Below are positions 26,249 through 32,000 of a stretch of 32,000 bases of DNA, piece after piece. The DNA is from Nostoc punctiforme PCC 73102. Lineage in GTDB: Bacteria; Cyanobacteriota; Cyanobacteriia; Cyanobacteriales; Nostocaceae. The first letter of the stretch is position 1. Every line of letters begins with the position of its first letter. A program made the position numbers and the translations under genes. Under the pieces are notes generated by a model, which saw only the letters and a program-made list of their open reading frames with translations, did not search any database and was not told the origin of the DNA. The stretch is from NCBI RefSeq assembly GCF_000020025.1, contig NC_010628.1, positions 6,570,001 through 6,602,000 on the forward strand. The letters are read 5' to 3'.

Positions 26249-27085
26249 ATGTCAGATTTGATTTTAAATAAACTTTTTAGCCTAAAAGATCGGGTAGCAG
26301 TAGTCACAGGCGGTTCTGGTGTACTTGGTGGAGCAATGGCAAAGGGTTTAGCCCTTGCTGGAGCGCGGGTAGTCGTTCTAGGCCGCAATGAAGCACGGGC
26401 GAGTGCAGTAGTAAGTGATATTACTGCTAACGGTGGAGAAAGTATGGCTGTACTGGCAGATATTAGCGATCGCTCCCAATTAGAAATCGCTAGGGAAGCT
26501 ATTATACAGCGTTGGGATCAGATAGACATCTTGGTAAACATGGCCGGTGGTAATATTCCTGCTGCCACAATTACCCCTGATGCCACTATTTTTGATATGC
26601 CACATACAGCTTTTGAGGAAGTAGTTAGCCTCAACTTACTCGGTACTCTATTGCCTAGCCAAGTTTTTGGTCAAGCAATGGTCGAAAGAAATCAGCCATC
26701 TGGTTGTATTGTCAATATTTCTTCTATGTCTGCCATTCGGGCGATCAGCCGCGTGGTTGGCTACTCAGCCGCTAAAGCCGGGATAGATAACTTTACTCGT
26801 TGGTTAGCCGTCGAACTTGCCCAAAAGTATGGGGATGGAATGCGAGTAAATGCGATCGCGCCAGGTTTCTTTATTGGGGAACAAAATCGAGATTTACTCC
26901 TAAATGCAGATGGCAGTTTGACCGAACGCGGGCAAAAAATTATCGAGCATACCCCCGCCGGACGTTTCGGCAAACCGGATGAATTACTCAGTACCTTGAT
27001 TTGGTTATGCAGTTCTGGTTCTAGTTTCGTCAACGGGGTAGTTATACCAGTAGACGGTGGGTTCAGTATCTACAGTGGAGTTTAA
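26249..27085 (+). CDS. Short-chain dehydrogenase/reductase; candidate fructuronate reductase / D-mannonate oxidoreductase (Bacillus UxuB/YjmF-like)
   Basis: 278-aa ORF. Cofactor motif VTGGSGVLGG. Catalytic S...YSAAK. The function is inferred from size, type and context. The SDR family call is secure (about 0.9); the substrate call is about 0.5. Confidence 0.8.
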   Translation: MSDLILNKLFSLKDRVAVVTGGSGVLGGAMAKGLALAGARVVVLGRNEARASAVVSDITANGGESMAVLADISDRSQLEIAREAIIQRWDQIDILVNMAGGNIPAATITPDATIFDMPHTAFEEVVSLNLLGTLLPSQVFGQAMVERNQPSGCIVNISSMSAIRAISRVVGYSAAKAGIDNFTRWLAVELAQKYGDGMRVNAIAPGFFIGEQNRDLLLNADGSLTERGQKIIEHTPAGRFGKPDELLSTLIWLCSSGSSFVNGVVIPVDGGFSIYSGV

Positions 27086-27087
27086 TC

Positions 27088-28350
27088 ATGTATTCACTGG
27101 CTGTAAATAACGGAACACTTTCCGACGAGCAAATTTCTGGGCTAGTTCATCAAGCTTTGGCAGACCGTCAGTTAGATGGACAGCGTATTTTAATATTAAT
27201 TCCAGATGGCACTCGTACTGCTCCCATCCCTCAAATATTTCGATTGCTGCATCAGGAGTTGGGTAAAAGAGTTCCGGCTCTAGATTTTTTGATCGCTCTG
27301 GGTACACATAATCCTATGAGTGAAGAACAGATTAATCACCTAGTGGGGGTGACACCAAAAGAGCGAGAGACAACCTTTAAAAAAGTTCGCATATTTAACC
27401 ACCTGTGGAATGAGCCAGATACTTTTATTTCCTGTGGAGTAATTTCGGCAGATGAGATAGCAGAAATTAGCCGAGGAATGCTACATCAGTCCGTTGAAGT
27501 CCGGGTTAACAAGCTTGTAACACAGTACGATCTAATAATGATTTGCGGTCCTGTATTTCCCCACGAAGTTGTCGGTTTCTCTGGTGGAAATAAATACTTT
27601 TTTCCCGGTATTGGGGGTCAGGAAGTAATTGATATATCTCACTGGTTGGGCGCTTTAATAACCAGTTACGAAATCATTGGTACATCGGGAATAACACCAG
27701 TTCGGCGCTTGATTAACCGAGCCGCTAACCTAATTTCTACACCGAAACTTTGCTTGGCGATGGTGGTTGCACCTAAAACAAATCAGCTAGCAGGACTTTA
27801 CATAGATAAACCAGAGTCAGCCTGGGAAGCCGCCGCAAAATTATCCGACAAACTGCATATTACTTATGTAGATCGGTCTTTTAAACAAGTGCTTTCAGTA
27901 ATGCCCGAAATGTATGATGACATTTGGACAGCCGCGAAAGGAATGTACAAGCTAGAGCCAGTAGTAGCTGACGGAGGCGAAGTAATTATATATGCCCCTC
28001 ACATTACTGAGTTTAGCTACACACACGGTGAAATTCTGTCTCAAATTGGCTATCATGTGCGGGATTATTTCCTCAAGCAGTGGGATAAATTTCAAGCCTA
28101 TCCCGGTGGAGTGCTGGCTCATAGTACTCACTTAAAAGGTATGGGTACATTTGATTTTACAGAAGGGGAAAAAGCGCGGATTCGCGTCACTTTAGCCACT
28201 GGTATTTCTGCTGAACGCTGTGCTGCTCATAATTTAAACTATCGCGATCCAGCTACCATTAGACCCACAGAATGGGCTAACCGTGAGGATGAAGGTATCT
28301 TACTTGTGCCGAAATCTGGTGAAATATTATACCGTTTAATACAAGCGTAG
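27088..28350 (+). CDS. LarA-family (DUF2088, lactate-racemase-like) nickel-pincer-dependent 2-hydroxyacid racemase/epimerase; candidate D-mannonate/D-gluconate 2-epimerase
   Basis: 420-aa ORF whose start lies 2 nt after the SDR stop. Motifs: IPDGTR, LGTHNP, FPHEVVGFSGGNKYFFPG, and DISH 16 residues after the Lys. Confidence 0.8.
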   Translation: MYSLAVNNGTLSDEQISGLVHQALADRQLDGQRILILIPDGTRTAPIPQIFRLLHQELGKRVPALDFLIALGTHNPMSEEQINHLVGVTPKERETTFKKVRIFNHLWNEPDTFISCGVISADEIAEISRGMLHQSVEVRVNKLVTQYDLIMICGPVFPHEVVGFSGGNKYFFPGIGGQEVIDISHWLGALITSYEIIGTSGITPVRRLINRAANLISTPKLCLAMVVAPKTNQLAGLYIDKPESAWEAAAKLSDKLHITYVDRSFKQVLSVMPEMYDDIWTAAKGMYKLEPVVADGGEVIIYAPHITEFSYTHGEILSQIGYHVRDYFLKQWDKFQAYPGGVLAHSTHLKGMGTFDFTEGEKARIRVTLATGISAERCAAHNLNYRDPATIRPTEWANREDEGILLVPKSGEILYRLIQA

Positions 28351-28546
28351 TTACTATGTATTACCAAAATCATCTAGCACCTGGTCAGACGGATTTTTGT
28401 GAGAATTTGTGAAGTTATTGAATGCCATGAGTGATCGCTGATTCCCAATCAAAGTTGATCGGTTCAGGCGATCGCCCTCATAGCCATCAATTATATAGAT
28501 AGAACACTTACTTCTCAGTTCAATTAATTATTCTTCAGTTTAGTTT

Positions 28547-28686
28547 TGTACACATACAATAAAGTTCTTTACTGGCAGCGCCTGAAACACTGGTTATTGC
28601 GTTGCCAATTTTTTGTTAAAGTTCTTTACTGAAGAAAATGCTAGCCGCAATACAATGTCAGCCACAAACAATAAAGTTCTTTACTG
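28547..28686. mobile_element. Tn7-like transposon end: terminal TGTACACA plus three direct TnsB-type binding repeats
   Basis: The 15-mer TAAAGTTCTTTACTG is perfect at 28560-28574, 28617-28631 and 28672-28686 (spacing 57 and 55 bp). The outer and inner copies extend to 22 nt (CA(T/A)ACAATAAAGTTCTTTACTG). The array starts 6 nt after a 5'-TGT terminus at 28547. Confidence 0.75.
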
Positions 28687-28793
28687 TCACAAGTTCGTAT
28701 GTACTAATTGATATAGGTTGATTTTTATTCTTGGAGAACACTCACTCACCACAAAATATAAGGTTTTAAGCTTGATCAATAACCTTTTTTTAT

Positions 28794-30725
28794 TTATATC
28801 AGCGAATTTAAAACTTCTAAAGCAGCTGCGATCGCTTCCTTGACCAAAGGTAACTTTCTCGTTTCTTTGCGTAGGCTTGCACGACGAACTAGTTGCCACT
28901 TTTGAGGAGTAATATTCTCTTGATGAAAAGTATTTGCTGCCCACTGCACTCTTCTCACCGCAAACTCTTCTCTGGTTTCTGCCAACTCATCTAAAATCTT
29001 TGCGGTCATAGGTAATCTGTTTAGATGTCTTTTTACCCAAGCGCTTGCAGGATGATCGAGGAAATTAGCGATCGCTGTCCTGCTAATCCAAATTGGTCGA
29101 CTGGCATCTTGCTTCAAGCGCCGTGCAGCAACCTTTACTGCTTCCACCGTTTCAACATCTCGGTTATGCCAATCCACATTTAAAGTGCCATTATTTTTTA
29201 GTGGTGGCGGCAGATGCTTCAAAAGCCAATTTTTGTCGTATTTGTATAATTGACCATAGATTGCTGGGGCTTTACTTCGTAATTGTGTTCTTCCCGCATC
29301 AGGATTGGCTTCAATGGCCTCTAACCATTGCTTACGCCAGCTTTCGAGGATATCTGGAGCCTGAATAAATGAAAATACACGAGGCTTAAGTGAGGGGCAT
29401 AACTCAGTTGCTCTCGCCTTAGTATTAGGTCGGGGAAAGGTAAGCTTTAGTTTATCTGCTTGACGAAGCACTGTCTTCACTTGAACTCCTAGACATTGAC
29501 TAATCTCCTTAAGGGTAAGTGATGAGTCTTCCCAGAAAACTTTTAAAGATTCTTCCCAAACAGAACCATAAACCTTGATTTTTGAGAATCGAAATTGATC
29601 CTCTGGTGATTGATCCGCACCTATTCTAGAGTAAACAAAACCACAGCTACAAAAAAATGTACCAGTTGGTTTGCGACTTTCCTGGTTATATGTAATCAAA
29701 CATTCCTTTATCTGCGGTTTATTAAAATATTTACAAACAGGGTTAAGGCAGGGCCAGAGAGCATTACCGAATGCTTTTGGTGCTTCTTTTAATTCAAAAA
29801 ATTCTTGTGCTGTGTATCCTAAGAAGTGAATAAATAGCAGATGCCGTAGTGGATGGTGAACTCTTTTAGGGAAACGCACTAATTGAGCAAGCCAGTTATC
29901 ACGAATCTGCTCATCAAGTGGACATTGCAGCCAATTTAACACTTGGGAAGGGTAGTGATTTTTGAAGAGCCTCAATAATTCCTGAACACGAATCCTACCT
30001 GTGTAAGTGACTAACTCTGGATTGGTTTTTACCAAAGACAGGTATTTTTGATACAAAGCTTCTAAGCCAGGGACGAAGGGGCAATTATTCAAAAGCCAGT
30101 CTATATCTGTGGCAATTTTCAACAGAATTTTGTGATCAGGATTTAAGGGGTCTACTGGACGAAGAGATACTAATTGAGTTGCCTGTTCTAAAGAAGTAAA
30201 TTCAGATATGCGTCTACGATTGTGGGTTAATACAGCACTTTTCTCTAAAAAAACTCCATGATTGGAACAGACTTCAACACCAGGTAATTGATGAAGACGA
30301 TGCCAGTAGCACTCACCAAACTGCTTCTGATCATCTTCCATACACAATGGACAGAAGCGCAAATGAGAAGGCATCTCAATGAATCCAGCAACAATTCCCA
30401 AGCGTGTATGAATTTTTGAGCCATTATCACCGCACATATCCTGCCGAACTAATTGAAGTCGCTCTAGTGGCAGGAAAGGTCTATAAAAGGGTAATAAAGT
30501 GTGATTGTCTATGAAATCATCAACTGTGTAAGAATGTCCGGTGGGTAAAGCAGCAACAAATCTGTTCAATCTGCTTGGTAGATCAACAGTTGCGATCGCA
30601 TTTTTTGTTTGGAATAAATCTCTAACTACTGAAATTTGGCTAGGATAATACACTCTCTCTTGAAAGCGAGCGCAAACACTATATAACAATTCATTTGGGT
30701 AAGGATTAGGAAAGAAGCCAAGCAC
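28794..30725 (-). CDS. tniQ: TnsD-like target-site selector (TniQ-family N-terminal domain, two zinc-ribbon motifs, HTH, and a long TnsD-type C-terminal domain)
   Basis: 643-aa ORF. TniQ-type N-terminus FFPNPYPNELLYSVCARF. Zinc motifs CPLCMEDD..YWHRLHQLPGVEVCSNHG and CLNPVC...FFCSCG. HTH LKEISQCLGVQVKTVLRQ. Contains three HIP1 sites. Confidence 0.88.
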   Translation of the reverse strand: MLGFFPNPYPNELLYSVCARFQERVYYPSQISVVRDLFQTKNAIATVDLPSRLNRFVAALPTGHSYTVDDFIDNHTLLPFYRPFLPLERLQLVRQDMCGDNGSKIHTRLGIVAGFIEMPSHLRFCPLCMEDDQKQFGECYWHRLHQLPGVEVCSNHGVFLEKSAVLTHNRRRISEFTSLEQATQLVSLRPVDPLNPDHKILLKIATDIDWLLNNCPFVPGLEALYQKYLSLVKTNPELVTYTGRIRVQELLRLFKNHYPSQVLNWLQCPLDEQIRDNWLAQLVRFPKRVHHPLRHLLFIHFLGYTAQEFFELKEAPKAFGNALWPCLNPVCKYFNKPQIKECLITYNQESRKPTGTFFCSCGFVYSRIGADQSPEDQFRFSKIKVYGSVWEESLKVFWEDSSLTLKEISQCLGVQVKTVLRQADKLKLTFPRPNTKARATELCPSLKPRVFSFIQAPDILESWRKQWLEAIEANPDAGRTQLRSKAPAIYGQLYKYDKNWLLKHLPPPLKNNGTLNVDWHNRDVETVEAVKVAARRLKQDASRPIWISRTAIANFLDHPASAWVKRHLNRLPMTAKILDELAETREEFAVRRVQWAANTFHQENITPQKWQLVRRASLRKETRKLPLVKEAIAAALEVLNSLI

Positions 30726-30984
30726 AGCCCATATCCTTTTAAAAAATATAAAAATTCATCTTATCTCGTCAAACTTTTTAATGGTTAATTATTAAACACC
30801 ATTTGTATATTATTAGCACCTTTAAAAAACATATATTTTTATTTCAATAATTATAAAAAGTTACAATTTTAGGTATAGGATATTTCAAGTTTATAAAATA
30901 CAAAATAACCCATCTACGATGTCGTGAACTTTTCTATTGTAAAGGTAAAAATATGCTTTATTTACTTATAAAGTGCTGTATAAA

Positions 30985-32000
30985 CTATTTATTTGGCATT
31001 CTCCTTAACAAAGGTAATTTCAAATAACCTACCTGGCGCTCAATCGTCTCCTCACTAACACCAAGGTATTGAGCAATTTCTGTAAAATTCAATGCTCGAT
31101 TTTGCCATAACATTTTCAAAGCATATTCCCAGGCATAACCGTATTCTATTTTCTTTGTTGCTATTGGTACTTGATACTTATTAATTATATCAAAATCTCT
31201 GTTGAAAGAGACAAAATCACAAATACAGCAAAATTCAGTTACAGCTTTAGTGCTGTTACTATAGTCTGTATGTTGGTATTTATCCTTAATTAATAGCTGT
31301 TGAAAATATTCACCCCCTCGATTGATGCATGGACAATATTCTGTTCCAAAAGGCTTATACTTCAAAGAAGTCTTAAAAAAATATTCCACTGTAGATTCAA
31401 AAAAGATAATCAACAATAAATGACGTAAAGGATGTCTTATTTTGCCATCTAAAATAAACATGTCTATAAGCCAGTTACTATGTCTAGCAAAATCACATTG
31501 AAGCATTTTTAGAAATGGAGGAGAGTAGTATTCTCTAAAATCATTGATAAGTTTAGCTAACGATTTTTTATCTTTAAAATTAAACTCTCCATATTTTTTG
31601 TATAACAGTTTTATATAAATTTTACGTACAGAATCTCCAAAAAAAATGGCATTTGGATACTTTAGAAGCCAATCAACATTATGAGCTAATTGTATAAAAT
31701 ATTTTAAATTGACATCTGATAATTCTAAATAATTATTTATCTTGGTCTTTACTGCTTCTTCTGCTGAAACTAATCCACAATAGTGATGACCTGTTCCTAG
31801 CTCAGTTTTTTGTAGAATAATGTTATGTATTAGACAAACTTCGACTCCAGGAACTTGATGTATGCGATGCCAATAGCATTCACCAAATTGCTTTTATCTT
31901 CTAATATACATTGAGGACAAAAACGTAAATAATTCATATTTCTCATAAAATTTTCAAAACGATTTAAAGTAACTTCTGGATTATTTTGTTTTATTGCATC
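30985..32000 (-). pseudogene. tniQ: Second, shorter TniQ/TnsD-family paralogue. It is frameshifted and its N-terminus lies beyond the window.
   Basis: Hand translation in frame A (32000 to about 31893) gives DAIKQNNPEVTLNRFENFMRNMNYLRFCPQCILEDK. Frame B (31893 to 30985) gives KQFGECYWHRIHQVPGVEVCLIHNIIL...HPLRHLLLIIF...EIAQYLGVSEETIERQ...*. Together these are collinear with residues of about 95-430 of the 643-aa paralogue. An in-frame TAA lies at 31894-31896 of frame B. Confidence 0.75.

Larger units (their letters stand above)
28547..32000. mobile_element. Tn7-like transposon, end-proximal portion (the element continues beyond the right edge of the window)
   Basis: An end structure plus two TniQ/TnsD-family genes that read toward that end. 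No tnsA/B/C, cas gene or CRISPR array is visible within the window. Confidence 0.7.

Noticed and set aside
28553-28686. Three direct repeats separated by spacers of about 35-39 bp next to TniQ genes could be read as a mini CRISPR array of a CRISPR-associated transposon.
   Set aside because: The repeats are only about 19-22 nt long and AT-rich, with no palindromic core. There are only three copies, and one has a divergent 5' part. The array starts 6 nt from a 5'-TGT terminus. This fits TnsB-binding sites of a transposon end much better. No cas gene is visible in the window.
28687-28944. 85-aa minus-strand ORF overlapping the 3' end of the TnsD-like gene and reaching the innermost TnsB site.
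   Set aside because: It is an alternative frame of the 643-aa gene plus non-coding end sequence, with no motif support.
30726-30984. Searched the 260-bp AT-rich spacer between the two TniQ genes for a second transposon end, which would indicate tandem or nested elements.
   Set aside because: The spacer has no copy of the TAAAGTTCTTTACTG site or its complement. It has only a loose direct repeat, CCTTT(T)AAAAAA(C)ATATA, in low-complexity sequence. A different element's end cannot be excluded, but nothing supports one.
31888-31899. Programmed -1 ribosomal frameshift joining the two frames of the second TniQ gene.
   Set aside because: The sequence U AAA AGC is not a good X XXY YYZ slippery heptamer, and I saw no obvious downstream stimulatory structure. 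The gene also shows other signs of decay (a lost zinc-ribbon Cys and a missing C-terminal domain). A simple 1-nt deletion or a sequencing error is more parsimonious.

Overview
The window is cyanobacterial and looks Nostocales-like. HIP1 octamers (GCGATCGC, e.g. 356-363) are frequent, and Nostoc-type short dispersed repeats fill the AT-rich spacers. I recognised no rRNA, tRNA, cas gene or CRISPR array.

Contents from left to right:
- A partial TIR-like gene that runs off the left edge.
- A triple-GAF histidine kinase and a NADAR protein.
- A CusR/CopR-clade two-component system. It lies divergent from two duplicated promoter cassettes that drive paralogous small secreted proteins. One of these carries four near-identical 38-aa repeats.
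- An HdeD-like membrane protein.
- A minus-strand sugar-uptake island: SLH/OprB porin, a decayed Gfo/Idh/MocA gene, a GlcP-like MFS porter, and an ABC permease, ATPase and two lipoprotein binding proteins. A myo-inositol oxygenase gene sits upstream of it.
- A roughly 0.4 kb high-GC foreign insert carrying a SnoaL-like gene.
- gntK, a LacI-family regulator, uxaC, an SDR reductase and a LarA-family gene.
- From 28547, the end of a Tn7-like transposon. It has three TnsB-type repeats and two tandem TnsD/TniQ genes, one of them frameshifted, and it runs off the right edge.

Most interesting calls:
1. A predicted unconventional route from myo-inositol or glucuronate to 6-phosphogluconate (MIOX, UxaC, reductase, LarA-type 2-epimerase, GntK). 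It appears tied together by a 14-bp palindromic operator.
2. The two-component system with its duplicated regulatory cassettes and secreted repeat protein.
3. The Tn7-like end with two target-selector paralogues.

All functional calls rest on motif recognition by eye. No database search was run.
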